From Terriglobia bacterium (GTDB lineage Bacteria; Acidobacteriota; Polarisedimenticolia; Polarisedimenticolales; JAIQFR01): 64,000 bases of DNA. The stretch is from the NCBI GenBank assembly GCA_963748015.1, contig CAVVHE010000008.1:608001-672000 (forward strand), read 5' to 3'. A program made the translations under genes and the position numbers. Positions 54,427-64,000 of this stretch are shown in pieces (the stretch's first letter is position 1; the number at the start of each line of letters is the position of its first letter). Under the pieces are notes generated by a model. It was not told the DNA's origin. It did not search any database and saw only the letters and a list, made by a program, of their open reading frames with translations.

Positions 54427-54963
54427 TCAGGCGGCGGCGCGGCGCTTCTCGAGCACGGCCTTGAGCGCGCCCCACGTTTCGGGGTCCATCGCCAGAAGCG
54501 AGGCGAGGTAGATCTCGACCTCCTCCGCGGGGAAGGTCTCGAGGAGGCGATCGGCCGCCGCGGAGAGCCGGTCCTCGGGCTGCGGCGCGATGTGGCTCCC
54601 GTCGCGGATCGCGCCGTCCTCGTGGTCGATCCCGAGGTGGTCGAGGAACGCGGCGAGCAGCGGCCGCCGGTGCTCCATGTGGAGCGCCAGGAGGAGCGAC
54701 GAGCCGAGCGAGTCGTCGGGGCGCACGGCGCGCACCAGGTATTCCACCCTCCGATCGAGCGGGAGCTTCCTCACGGCGACCTCGCGGAACCGCAAGGCCG
54801 CCGCGATCGAGATGTCGGCGAGCTTCCGCGCCGTCGGGTCCTCGCGGTCGCTTGAGTAGAGCGACCGAGCGGCGAGCGCCCGGACCTCGGCGGGAAGAAG
54901 GGTCCAGAGGCTCGCCGGATCGAGCCGGTCGAGAGGTAGAGACGCGAGGAACGAGGTCGGCAC
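54427..54963 (-). CDS. Hypothetical protein
   Basis: AGGAG RBS and GTG; LLAAFLDHLGIDHEDG..EVEIYLASL..DPETW. Confidence 0.7.
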   Translation of the reverse strand: MPTSFLASLPLDRLDPASLWTLLPAEVRALAARSLYSSDREDPTARKLADISIAAALRFREVAVRKLPLDRRVEYLVRAVRPDDSLGSSLLLALHMEHRRPLLAAFLDHLGIDHEDGAIRDGSHIAPQPEDRLSAAADRLLETFPAEEVEIYLASLLAMDPETWGALKAVLEKRRAAA

Positions 54964-55390
54964 GAGGACTCCTCGGGCGCGAGGACGACGGCCCGCGCGC
55001 GGCGACGTAGGAGTGTACAACGCGCCCCGGCTCGGGCGTCCCGCGCCGGGACCTCGATTCGGAAGTTTCCGACACGGACCGACGACCTCGCCTGGCTCGC
55101 CACCGTTCTCGAACGATCGTCCGAGGCGAAAGTCCGTCGAGAAAGGGCAGGCGGCTGCCGATGAACTACTCATCGTCTCGTCGGGATAGGCCTCCACATC
55201 CGGACGGAGCGTCCGAGGAGAGCCTCCGGAAAACCTGACGGATTCGAGCGACGCGCCGCCTTCTCCCCCAAGCGCGAACACCGCTAACTCTAGGAAATAG
55301 ATATAGTTAATCCACTATTCGCCGGTCGTTTTTTCCCTTTTGGGGCCCGGATTCCACGGTATAGTTCGCCATCTTCGTGAGGAGGAAGGA

Positions 55391-56531
55391 ATGGACCACG
55401 ACGCGTTGAACGGCGAGGTCACAGGAGGGGCGCGGCAGGAAATCGACCGCCGCGAGTTCGTGAAGATCACCACCATGGCGCTCGCGTCGGTGGGGATCAC
55501 GTCGAGCCGCCGCCATCCAGATCGTCGAGGCGGCGGCGGGGAAGGGGCTCAAGCCCTCGGTCGTCTGGCTGCATTTCCAGGAATGCACCGGATGCACCGA
55601 GTCGTTGCTGAGGACCTCGCACCCGGCGATCGCCGAGCTGATCCTCGACCTGATCTCCCTGGACTACCACGAGACGCTCTTCGCGGCCGCGGGCTACCAG
55701 GCCGAGGAGGCTCTCAAGAAGACGATGCAGGAGAATGCGGGGAAGTACGTCTGCATCGTCGAGGGAGCGATCCCGACCAAGGACAACGGGATCTACTGCA
55801 AGATCGGCGGCCGCACGGCGCTCGACCTCGTCACCGACGTGGCGGGGAAGGCCGGTGCCGTGATCGCCATCGGGTCCTGCGCGTCCTGGGGAGGGATCCC
55901 GTCCGCCGAGCCGAACCCGACCGGCGCCAAGGGAGCCCCGGAGGTCCTGGCCGGCAAGACGGTCGTCACCATTCCCGGCTGCCCGGCGAATCCGTACAAC
56001 CTCCTCGGCACGGTCCTGCAGTACGCGGTCCTGGGCACGCTCCCCGCGCTCGACGACAAGGGGCGCCCGATGTTCGCGTACGGGCGGACGATCCACGAGG
56101 ACTGCCCGCGCCGCGCGCACTTCGACGCCGGCCGGTTCGCGCAGAAGTTCGGCGACGACGGGCACCGGCAGGGGTACTGCCTGTACAAGACCGGGTGCAA
56201 GGGACCGGCGACCCACGCCAACTGCTCCCGCCTCCACTTCGGCGAGGTGGACAACGCGTGGCCGATCGGGATCGGCCACCCCTGCGTCGGGTGCACGGAG
56301 CAGCAGATCCTCTGGCGGATGCCGATTCACGCCACGGTCGAGATCGAGCGGCCGACGCCCCCGGACACCTACCCGCCGATCCGCGCCCAGCAGGGGCACG
56401 TCAGCGCGGTGGCGACCGGCGTTGCCGGCCTCGTGGGCGGCGCGCTCGTCGGTGCCGGCTGGATGGCGTCGAAGAAGCTCGACTCCGGGGAGGGGGAGGC
56501 CAAGCCGGCGCCTCCGAAGAAGGAGGCCTGA
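55391..56531 (+). pseudogene. hybO: [NiFe]-hydrogenase small subunit (HybO-like), frameshifted near 55507
   Basis: Tat motif DRREFVK in one frame; VVWLHFQECTGCTES, GSCASWGG, PGCP, CLYKTGCKGP in another. Confidence 0.88.
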
Positions 56532-56533
56532 GC

Positions 56534-57460
56534 ATGGCGATGGACAGGAGATCCGCGCTGAAGGTGATCGCCGCGGGAGGGGCCGCGGCCGCCGCGAGCG
56601 CGCTTCCGGCGGCGGCGCGGGAGCGGAAGGTGGCGCCTCCCGAAGCGATGGGGATGCTCTACGACACCACGCTCTGCATCGGCTGCAAGACCTGCGTCGT
56701 GGCCTGCAAGCAGGCGAACGACCGGAAGCCCGATCCGGGGCCGTGGGGCGAGGAGAAGCTCTACGACGCTCCTCTCGACCTCAACGAGTACACCAAGAAC
56801 GTCATCAAGCTCTACCACGAGGGGACGCAGCAGTCGTACGTCAAGGCGCAGTGCATGCACTGCGTCGACCCGGCGTGCGCCGCCGCGTGCATGCTCCACT
56901 CCCTCAAGAAGAACGAGACCACGGGCGTCGTCGAGTACGACGTGCGGTGGTGCGTGGGCTGCCGCTACTGCCAGATGGCCTGCCCGTTCAACGTGACCAA
57001 GTACGAGTTCAGCAAGGCAATCCCCAGGATCGTGAAGTGCGAGCTGTGCCGGCACCGGGTGAAGGACGCGGCCACGGCCGCGAGCGGCTTCACGCGCTAC
57101 CCCGCGGGCCAGGGCCCGGCGTGCTGCGAGGTCTGCCCGCGCGGCGCCGTGATCTACGGGAAGCGGGACGAGCTGATGGCCGAGGCGAAGGGCCGGATCG
57201 CGGCGAGCCCCGGCAAGTACTACCAGGACCGCGTTTACGGCGAGAACGATCTCGGCGGGACGCAGGTGCTCTACCTCGCCCACGTTCCGTTCTCGAAGAT
57301 CGGCCTACCCGAGGGCGGCGACCGGGGCGTCCCGCACACCGCCTACACGGTGCAGGAGGGGCTCTACCGGGGCTTCGTCGCGCCCGTGGTCCTCTACGCG
57401 GCCCTCGCCGCGGTCCTCTACCGTAACCGCCGCGCCGGCGAGGGGGAGGAGAAGCGATGA
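56534..57460 (+). CDS. hybA: Hydrogenase-2 iron-sulfur protein
   Basis: Tat signal; CIGCKTC, CMHCVDPAC, CVGCRYC, KCELC. Confidence 0.88.
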   Translation: MAMDRRSALKVIAAGGAAAAASALPAAARERKVAPPEAMGMLYDTTLCIGCKTCVVACKQANDRKPDPGPWGEEKLYDAPLDLNEYTKNVIKLYHEGTQQSYVKAQCMHCVDPACAAACMLHSLKKNETTGVVEYDVRWCVGCRYCQMACPFNVTKYEFSKAIPRIVKCELCRHRVKDAATAASGFTRYPAGQGPACCEVCPRGAVIYGKRDELMAEAKGRIAASPGKYYQDRVYGENDLGGTQVLYLAHVPFSKIGLPEGGDRGVPHTAYTVQEGLYRGFVAPVVLYAALAAVLYRNRRAGEGEEKR

Positions 57461-58641
57461 GCGGCCACTCCGCCGTCCACTCTCCCGTCGGCGGGCGCGT
57501 CATGACCCGCCCGTTCATGGCCCTCCTCGCGATCGCCGCCGTCGGAGCGGTCGTCGCCGCCTTCCGGTTCGCCAACGGGATCGGGGGTGTCTCCGCCCTC
57601 AACGACGGCTACCCGTGGGGTCTGTGGATCTCGATCGACGTGGTCGTCGGGACCGCGCTCGGGTGCGGCGGCTACGCCGTCGGGATCCTGGTCTACATCC
57701 TGAACCGCGGGAAGTACCACCCGCTCGTCCGTCCCGCCATCCTCACGAGCCTGCTCGGCTACGGTCTCGCGGTGATCGCGGTGTCGATCGACCTCGGGCG
57801 GTTCTGGGACCTCTGGAAGGTCCCGGTGTTCTTCTGGCGCTGGTCGCACTCGCCGCAGCTCGAGGTGGCGCTGTGCGTCGCGGCCTACAACCTGGTGCTG
57901 CTGGTCGAGCTCTCGCCGGCGCTCTTCGAGAAGCTGCGCGGGAGCAAGAGCGCCTCGCTCCGATCGCTCGGCGAGACCGGCCTCCGCTTCGTGGACAAGA
58001 GCCTGATCTGGATCATCGGCCTCGGCCTGTTGCTCCCGACCATGCACCAGTCGTCGCTCGGGACGATGATGCTGCTCCCCGCGACGAAGATGCACGCGCT
58101 CTGGTTCACCCCCTGGCTTCCGTTCCTGTTCCTGGTCAACTGCGTCGTGATCGGCTACGCGATCGTCGCGATCGAGGCGACGTTCTCGGCGGTGGCCTTC
58201 CGCAGGCCGCGCGAGACCGACATGCTCGCCTCGCTCTCGAAGGTCGCCGCGTGGGTCGCCCTCTTCTGGGTGGCCTTCCGCGTGGTGGACGTCGCGGTGC
58301 GCGGCGCGCTCGTGCACGTCGCGAGCAAGACGGGCGTCGCGTTCCTCCTGGAGCTCGTCCTGCTCGTGGCCGGCGCCGCGATCCTCCTCTCGGAGGAGAG
58401 GCGGCGACAGGCGGGGTGCCAGGTGCGCGCGTCGATCCTCCTGCTGCTGGGCTCGGCGCTGTTCCGCGTGAACACCTACCTGATCGCGTTCCGGCCCGGA
58501 GGCCAGTGGTCGTATTTCCCGTCGCTGCCCGAGCTGCTGATCACCTTCGGGATCATCGCGGCCGAGGTCGCGATCTACGTCGCGGTCGTCAAGACCTTCC
58601 CGATCCTGAGCGGCGCCGCACCCGCGGCCGCCAAGCGATAG
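57457..58641 (+). CDS. hybB: NrfD-family membrane subunit
   Basis: DGYPWGLWI, DLGR, LPTMHQSSLG. Confidence 0.88.
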   Translation: MSGHSAVHSPVGGRVMTRPFMALLAIAAVGAVVAAFRFANGIGGVSALNDGYPWGLWISIDVVVGTALGCGGYAVGILVYILNRGKYHPLVRPAILTSLLGYGLAVIAVSIDLGRFWDLWKVPVFFWRWSHSPQLEVALCVAAYNLVLLVELSPALFEKLRGSKSASLRSLGETGLRFVDKSLIWIIGLGLLLPTMHQSSLGTMMLLPATKMHALWFTPWLPFLFLVNCVVIGYAIVAIEATFSAVAFRRPRETDMLASLSKVAAWVALFWVAFRVVDVAVRGALVHVASKTGVAFLLELVLLVAGAAILLSEERRRQAGCQVRASILLLLGSALFRVNTYLIAFRPGGQWSYFPSLPELLITFGIIAAEVAIYVAVVKTFPILSGAAPAAAKR

Positions 58642-58651
58642 AGGTGAGCTC

Positions 58652-60352
58652 ATGAGCAAGACCATCACGATCGACCCGATCACGCGGATCGAGGGGCACC
58701 TGAGGATCGACGTCGAGGTGGACGGCGGCCGGGTGAAGGACGCCTGGGCCTCCGGCCAGATGTGGCGCGGGATCGAGATCATGCTGCTCGGCCGCGATCC
58801 CCGTGACGCCTGGCTGTTCACCCAGCGCTTCTGCGGCGTGTGCACGACGGTGCACGCCATGGCCTCGGTCCGGGCCGTGGAGAACGCGCTCAACCTCGAG
58901 ATCCCGCTGAACGCGCAGTACATCCGCAACCTGATCGTGATCGCCCATGCGCTCCACGATCACATCGTGCACTTCTACCACCTGTCGGCGCTCGACTGGG
59001 TGGACGTCGTGTCCGCGCTCCAGGCCGATCCCGCGAAGGCGTCGGCACTCGCCGAGAGCCTGTCGCCGTGGCCGCACAACAACCGGCTCCAGCTGCAGGC
59101 GGTCAAGGACAAGCTGGCCGGGTTCGTCGCGAACGGGCAGCTCGGGATTTTCCAGAACGGCTACTGGGGCCACCCCGCGATGAAGCTGCCGCCGGAGGTG
59201 AACCTCCTGGCGGTGTCGCACTACCTCCAGGCCCTCGACTACCAGAGGAAGGCCAACCAGGTGGTGGCGGTCCTGGGCAGCAAGACCCCGAACATCCAGA
59301 ACCTCGCCGTCGGGGGAGTCGCCAACGCGATCAACCTGGACAACGAGTCCACCCTCAACATGGCGAAGCTGTTCAAGATCAAGGACCTCCTCGACGAGAT
59401 GACCGCGTTCGTCCAGCAGGTCTACCTGCCGGACGTCTGCGCGATCGGCGCGCTCTACGCCGACTGGCTGCCGTTCGGCGGCGGCGTGAAGAACTACCTG
59501 GCGGTGCCGGACCTGCCTCTCGACACGAAGGGGACGCAGTTCGACCTCGTCGGCGGCACGATCTTCGACGGGGACCTCGCGGGCGCCAAGGCGATCTCGA
59601 GCTTCCAGGACCCGTACTTCAAGGAGAACGTCACCGAGAACGTCTCCCACGCGTGGTACCAGGGAGACGCGACGCTGCACCCGTGGGAAGGGGAGACCGT
59701 CCCGAACTACACCGACTTCAACGCGTCCGGGAAGTACTCGTGGGTCAAGGCGCCGCGGTTCCAGGGAAAGGCGATGCAGGTCGGCCCGCTCGCACAGGTC
59801 CTGGTCGGGTACGCCCTCGGCCACGAGCCGACGAAGCGCTGGGCCAACCAGGCCCTCGAGACCGCCGGCGCCGTCGCCAAGACGAAGCTCGGCCCGCAGG
59901 TCCTGCACTCGACGCTCGGCCGGCACCTCGCCCGCGCGGTCCGCACCGCGGTGATCTGCGAGCTGGCCGACAAGCACTGGCAGCTCCTGGTGAACAACAT
60001 CGCAAAGGGCGACACGGCGATCTTCAACGAACCGGTGTTCCCGAGGGGCGAGCAGCGCGGCTTCGGCTTCCACGAGGCGCCTCGCGGCACGCTGTCGCAC
60101 TGGGTCGTGATCAAGGACGGCAAGATCGCGAACTACCAGGCCGTGGTCCCCACGACCTGGAACGCGAGCCCGCGCGACGACAAGAACCAGAAGGGGCCGT
60201 ACGAGGCCTCGCTGATCGGGAACCCGATCGCCGATCCGGAGAAGCCGCTCGAGGTGCTCCGGACGATCCACTCGTTCGATCCCTGCCTCGCCTGCGCGAT
60301 CCACACGGTAGACGTGGAGGGGAACGAGCTCGGCACGGTCCGGACGCTGTAG
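58652..60352 (+). CDS. hybC: [NiFe]-hydrogenase large subunit (group 1, Hyb-like)
   Basis: DPITRIEGH, RFCGVC, DPCLACAIH plus C-terminal extension. Confidence 0.93.
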   Translation: MSKTITIDPITRIEGHLRIDVEVDGGRVKDAWASGQMWRGIEIMLLGRDPRDAWLFTQRFCGVCTTVHAMASVRAVENALNLEIPLNAQYIRNLIVIAHALHDHIVHFYHLSALDWVDVVSALQADPAKASALAESLSPWPHNNRLQLQAVKDKLAGFVANGQLGIFQNGYWGHPAMKLPPEVNLLAVSHYLQALDYQRKANQVVAVLGSKTPNIQNLAVGGVANAINLDNESTLNMAKLFKIKDLLDEMTAFVQQVYLPDVCAIGALYADWLPFGGGVKNYLAVPDLPLDTKGTQFDLVGGTIFDGDLAGAKAISSFQDPYFKENVTENVSHAWYQGDATLHPWEGETVPNYTDFNASGKYSWVKAPRFQGKAMQVGPLAQVLVGYALGHEPTKRWANQALETAGAVAKTKLGPQVLHSTLGRHLARAVRTAVICELADKHWQLLVNNIAKGDTAIFNEPVFPRGEQRGFGFHEAPRGTLSHWVVIKDGKIANYQAVVPTTWNASPRDDKNQKGPYEASLIGNPIADPEKPLEVLRTIHSFDPCLACAIHTVDVEGNELGTVRTL

Positions 60353-60487
60353 GCCGGCCGGGGGGGCGATACTCCCGCGCCCGGAACGACAGGATGGGAG
60401 GGCGCCGCGAAACCGGCGCGGGAAGGCCGGGAGGTCCCGCGCGGGGTTCGCGGCGCCCGTGTCTTGTGGAGGCGAAACGGAGTCGGC

Positions 60488-61006
60488 ATGAACCGCGTCG
60501 TAGTGGTGGGGATGGGGAACGTCCTGATGGGGGACGACGGGCTCGGCCCGCACGCGGTCCGCCTGCTGGAGGCGCGGTACCTGTTCCCCCCCGAGGTCTC
60601 GGTGCTCGATGTCGGGACCCCCGGTCTCGACCTGGTGCCCTACGTCGCCGATACCGAGGCGTTGGTGGTGGTGGACACGGTCCGCGCGACTGGCGCGCCG
60701 GGCGAGGTGCGTCTCTACCGCCGGGACCAGATCCTGCGGCACCCGCCGCAGCCCCGCGTGAGCCCGCACGACCCCGGCCTCAAGGAGACGCTGCTCTCTC
60801 TGGAGTTCGCGGAGCGCGGACCGAGGGAGGTCCTCCTCGTGGGCGTCATCCCCGAGGGGACGGCGCAGGGCGCGCCCATGAGCGACACGGTGCGGCGCGC
60901 TCTGCCCGCCGTAATGGCCGCGGTGCTCGCGGAGCTCGCGCGCCTCGGCTGTCCGGCCTCGCCGCGGCCGGAACCGCTCGAGCCGGATCTCTGGTGGGAA
61001 AGGTAG
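60488..61006 (+). CDS. hybD: Hydrogenase maturation protease
   Basis: GMGNVLMGDDGLG, DVGT, SPH. Confidence 0.88.
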   Translation: MNRVVVVGMGNVLMGDDGLGPHAVRLLEARYLFPPEVSVLDVGTPGLDLVPYVADTEALVVVDTVRATGAPGEVRLYRRDQILRHPPQPRVSPHDPGLKETLLSLEFAERGPREVLLVGVIPEGTAQGAPMSDTVRRALPAVMAAVLAELARLGCPASPRPEPLEPDLWWER

Positions 61007-61082
61007 CCCGGCCGGGGGGCCGAACGCGACCGATCCACCGTCTCTCGACGAAAGCACCGGTTTCGGTGTTGAATAGCGTCTC

Positions 61083-61499
61083 ATGAGCCAACGGAAGGCG
61101 GTCGCCACGAGATCTCGTTGGTCCCGCATCGAGGCAGCGCTCGTCGTCCTCATCGCGGCCCATTCCGCGGCGATCGGCGTCGCGGCGATCGTTGCCACCT
61201 CCTGGGGGCTCCGCTTCGGCGGGTTCGAAGGGGCTACCCCGATGTTCTTCCCAAGGCAGGTCGGGGTCTTCCACCTGGTCGTGGCGTGCGCCTATCTCAT
61301 CGAGTGGTGGCGTTACCGCGGCATCGCGATCCTCGTCACGACGAAGTCGATCGCGGTCGTGTTTCTCGGTACCGTGATCCTCTTCGAGGCCCTTCCGTGG
61401 ATCGTCCCGTTCTCGGCGCTGGGCGACGCGCTCATGGGGGCCGCGGTCCTGATCGTCCACCGCCAGGCCGCCTCGGAGCCGAGGGGCCCGCTCCCTTGA
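61083..61499 (+). CDS. Four-TM hypothetical membrane protein
   Basis: Hydrophobic helices, FFPRQVGVFH. Confidence 0.7.
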   Translation: MSQRKAVATRSRWSRIEAALVVLIAAHSAAIGVAAIVATSWGLRFGGFEGATPMFFPRQVGVFHLVVACAYLIEWWRYRGIAILVTTKSIAVVFLGTVILFEALPWIVPFSALGDALMGAAVLIVHRQAASEPRGPLP

Positions 61500-61597
61500 G
61501 ACGATCGCCCGGGCGTCCGCGCCAGTTGTACCGTCGCCCGGATTGCGGTAGATTCTCCAGCAGGCATGGGGCCCTCGCCCGGAGGCGGAGGTGGGTC

Positions 61598-61990
61598 ATG
61601 GACAGTGCGACACCCCTCGACAAGCGCGTGGCAAACGAGGTCGAGATCCTCGAGAAGTTCGGCTTGCGGTGGGCCGTTCTGGCCGCCTGGTGCGACGAGC
61701 TGGCTCATCGGGGCCTCGCCGTCGACCTGCGGAAGCAGCTGGAGGACGCCCGCATCAAGCTCTCTTCGGGCGTCTTCTCCGCGTGCGAGATCGGCTGCGA
61801 TCTCGGCCGCATCGAGGCGACCCTCACCTCCGCGGACGCGTCCTCGACCCCCGACTCCACCTCCTACTGGCTCGACCTGCTCGGGAGAGCGATGGTGGAG
61901 ATCGTGGATACCGAGGAGCTCTTTCACAACCCCGGGGTCAAGTTCCGCTACCTGAACTGCGGGTTCCTGCCCTGCCGGTGCGACGACTGA
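61598..61990 (+). CDS. Cys-rich hypothetical protein
   Basis: GGAGGT RBS; CEIGC and CGFLPCRC. Confidence 0.65.
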   Translation: MDSATPLDKRVANEVEILEKFGLRWAVLAAWCDELAHRGLAVDLRKQLEDARIKLSSGVFSACEIGCDLGRIEATLTSADASSTPDSTSYWLDLLGRAMVEIVDTEELFHNPGVKFRYLNCGFLPCRCDD

Positions 61991-62011
61991 CTGCGCTCCG
62001 CGGCGCGGCTC

Positions 62012-63526
62012 TCAGTGCGACGCGGATGGATCGAGGGCCTCGAAGACGTCCTGCGCCTGGTCGCAACCGACCTGAAGCGTCATCGTGACGTGATCGCGAA
62101 TAGCCTCCTGGAGCGCTCCCCCTTCCGGGTCGCCACGCAGGACGGCGAGACACGTCCGATTGAGAACATCGAGCGCGTCGCAGACGTCCCGGCTCGTGAA
62201 GCCCTCGCCGAACCGCTGCGCGGCGAGATCCCGGCAGTACGAGATGATCGCGCCCTTCTCGTGCGTCCGCACGGCGCTGGTGAGGTGCCGAAGGAGCTGT
62301 CGCGCGTTCCAGGCAACTTGCTCCTCGCTCAGGCTCCGGTAGCTGGGAAGGCGCCCGGAGCGGGCCAGCTCCACCAGGCGATTCGCGTATCGCCGGCAGA
62401 TTTCCGACTCATGCCGCTCGAGAAGCTGGTAGACCCTGAGGTTGACGCGCAACTCGACCTGTTTTCGCGCGGCGCGGTTGCGGCGATGCCATTCCACGGG
62501 GTCGGCCTTCATGTTTTCGATGAGGAACGGCAGCCTGCGGAGGATGCCCAATCGCGGCCGGGGCGCCCACGTAAGGAGCTGCCTGGAGCGCAGGGAGCTG
62601 ACGAGGAGTTGCCGGTCGACGTAGTGGGACATCCAGGGGCGCTCGAACGGGGTCTCCCCGGCCATCGCGCCGACGATGTTTCGCATCCTGATGCAGACGC
62701 CGCAGAGGTGCCTCGGAAGGAACAGGGGCCGGCCCGACTGGCCGTGGAAGCTGAGGTGCGCCAACTCGAAGATCTCCCGATGAGAGACCGCGCCGTCGGG
62801 ACTCGCGTTGAGCACCTGGCCCGGCTCGAGCTCGCCCAGTACGCCAAGTAGCTTCCGGAAGAACGGCGGCACGTCCAGCACGTGGAGGTAGGGGATGGCC
62901 GACCGTCCCGTCCCCCCTAGGATCCGGCTGCACCACGAGCCGGAGAGCCACGTGCTCAGGAACATGAACAGCGGAAAGTACTCGCACCAGTCGGAGAACA
63001 GCGCGGCGAAACGAACGATGCAGCTGCGGAAGTCGGCGCGGTACTCCTTCAACATCTCCTCCCCCGCGCCCTTGGCCCTGGCGTAAATGTGATCGCCGTC
63101 GGCCGCACTGCTTTCCGACACCATGTCGCCCGCGCGAGGGAATCTGCACGCCGCCAGCGAGCTCCCGAACACGAAATGGCGGATCCGAAGGTCCCGGCAC
63201 GCGTCGAGCACGTTGCGGAGGCCGTGGACGCTCGTACGCCAGTACTCCGGGTGCTCCTCTCCGGAGAAGTCGTGGTGCGCCGCGAGGTGGATCACGGTCT
63301 CGGCGCCGCCGTGCTCGCGGATGCGGCGAAAGACATCTCCTAGCGTGCTCCGGTCGCCCACGTCCACCTGAAACCAGAGGACGTTCGGGTGTACCGGCGC
63401 GCCAGCCCGCGCCTGGGAGCGGCGCGCCAGGCCGAAAATCACATAGTCGTCCTTCAGCGCGTCCAGGAGGTGCCTTCCGACGAATCCGGACGCGCCGGTC
63501 ACCAGCAGGCGCGGAAGGTCCGCCAT
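62012..63526 (-). CDS. NAD-dependent epimerase/SDR with helical C-terminal domain
   Basis: TGASGFVG, IHLAA, YARAK; about 140-aa helical tail. Confidence 0.85.
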   Translation of the reverse strand: MADLPRLLVTGASGFVGRHLLDALKDDYVIFGLARRSQARAGAPVHPNVLWFQVDVGDRSTLGDVFRRIREHGGAETVIHLAAHHDFSGEEHPEYWRTSVHGLRNVLDACRDLRIRHFVFGSSLAACRFPRAGDMVSESSAADGDHIYARAKGAGEEMLKEYRADFRSCIVRFAALFSDWCEYFPLFMFLSTWLSGSWCSRILGGTGRSAIPYLHVLDVPPFFRKLLGVLGELEPGQVLNASPDGAVSHREIFELAHLSFHGQSGRPLFLPRHLCGVCIRMRNIVGAMAGETPFERPWMSHYVDRQLLVSSLRSRQLLTWAPRPRLGILRRLPFLIENMKADPVEWHRRNRAARKQVELRVNLRVYQLLERHESEICRRYANRLVELARSGRLPSYRSLSEEQVAWNARQLLRHLTSAVRTHEKGAIISYCRDLAAQRFGEGFTSRDVCDALDVLNRTCLAVLRGDPEGGALQEAIRDHVTMTLQVGCDQAQDVFEALDPSASH

Positions 63527-63701
63527 TGCCTCGATCATACCGCATTCGGAAGGCGAAACCCGCCCAACCGACCTTGAACCGGCGGCGGTCGTGGTGGTCT
63601 AATGCTCCTCGGGCCGCGACGGCTCGCCAGGCCGCCGGGACGACCGGCGTCGATGTCGGCCGGGAGTGAGGGATTCGCCGCCGGTTCCCGGGGAGCGACG
63701 C

Positions 63702-64000
63702 ATGGCGCTGCCTGCACTCATCGTCACCGGGGCGTCCGGTTTCGTGGGACGCCACCTTTTGGACGAGCTGAAGGACGAGTGCCGGATCTTCGGCATCGCG
63801 CGGCGCTCCCAGAAGGAGTGCGGCGCGCCGGTACATCCCAACATCGCTTGGATGCAGGTCGACGTCGGGGACCGCGAAGGTCTCGCGCGGACGTTTCGCG
63901 AGATCGCGTCCGCCGGCGGCGCCCGGATACTGATCCACCTGGCGGCGTACTACGATTTCTTCGGGACGGATCATCCGGAGTACCGGAGGACGAACGTCGA
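63702..64000 (+). CDS. Paralogous NAD-dependent epimerase/SDR (runs off window)
   Basis: MALPALIVTGASGFVGRHLLDELKD..ARRSQ..GAPVHPN..QVDVGD, closely similar to the divergent gene. Confidence 0.85.
   Translation, partial: MALPALIVTGASGFVGRHLLDELKDECRIFGIARRSQKECGAPVHPNIAWMQVDVGDREGLARTFREIASAGGARILIHLAAYYDFFGTDHPEYRRTNV

Noticed and set aside
55058..55310. Enhancer-like TTCGGAAGTTTCCGACA and AT-rich TAACT...AGTTA upstream of the hydrogenase as a sigma54 regulon link
   Set aside because: No convincing -24/-12 element found, so the link to the haem two-component system is unsupported.
55340..57460. 706-aa ORF as a Tat-HybA fusion
   Set aside because: The middle is low-complexity off-frame translation of hybO; hybA has its own RBS and ATG at 56534.

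Overview
High-GC bacterial chromosomal window; the gene content is compatible with an Acidobacteriota-like or Deltaproteobacteria-like organism, but this is not verifiable here. The centre holds a chromosomal integron. The intI gene (11157-12248) lies on the same strand as, and upstream of, a candidate attI (crossover at 12593) and a cassette array of about 30 attC sites (12.6-33.4 kb). The array carries four recognisable toxin-antitoxin cassettes, one unclassified two-gene cassette, immunity-like and lipoprotein cassettes, and an IS630 inserted in the TA of an attC core. attC quality decays with distance from intI into an attC-less tail of co-oriented cassette-like genes and fragments (33.5-41.3 kb). 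The most unusual signal is at the cassette ends: 13 of the first 17 cassettes are complementary end-to-end for exactly 9 or 13 positions, ending in G and followed by an unpaired A. The left flank has a transketolase, a PAS protein, a sigma54-driven microprotein, a haem-c sensor two-component system, a tricorn S41 protease, apgM and ansA. The right flank has a Cys/Met PLP enzyme, thrC, malQ, a P1B ATPase, dodecin, an arn-like operon, a Hyb-type [NiFe]-hydrogenase operon with a frameshifted small subunit, and head-to-head SDR paralogs. A family of intergenic long hairpins with a conserved core and co-varying arms occurs at five loci. All family calls come from motif recognition by eye; no database search was run.
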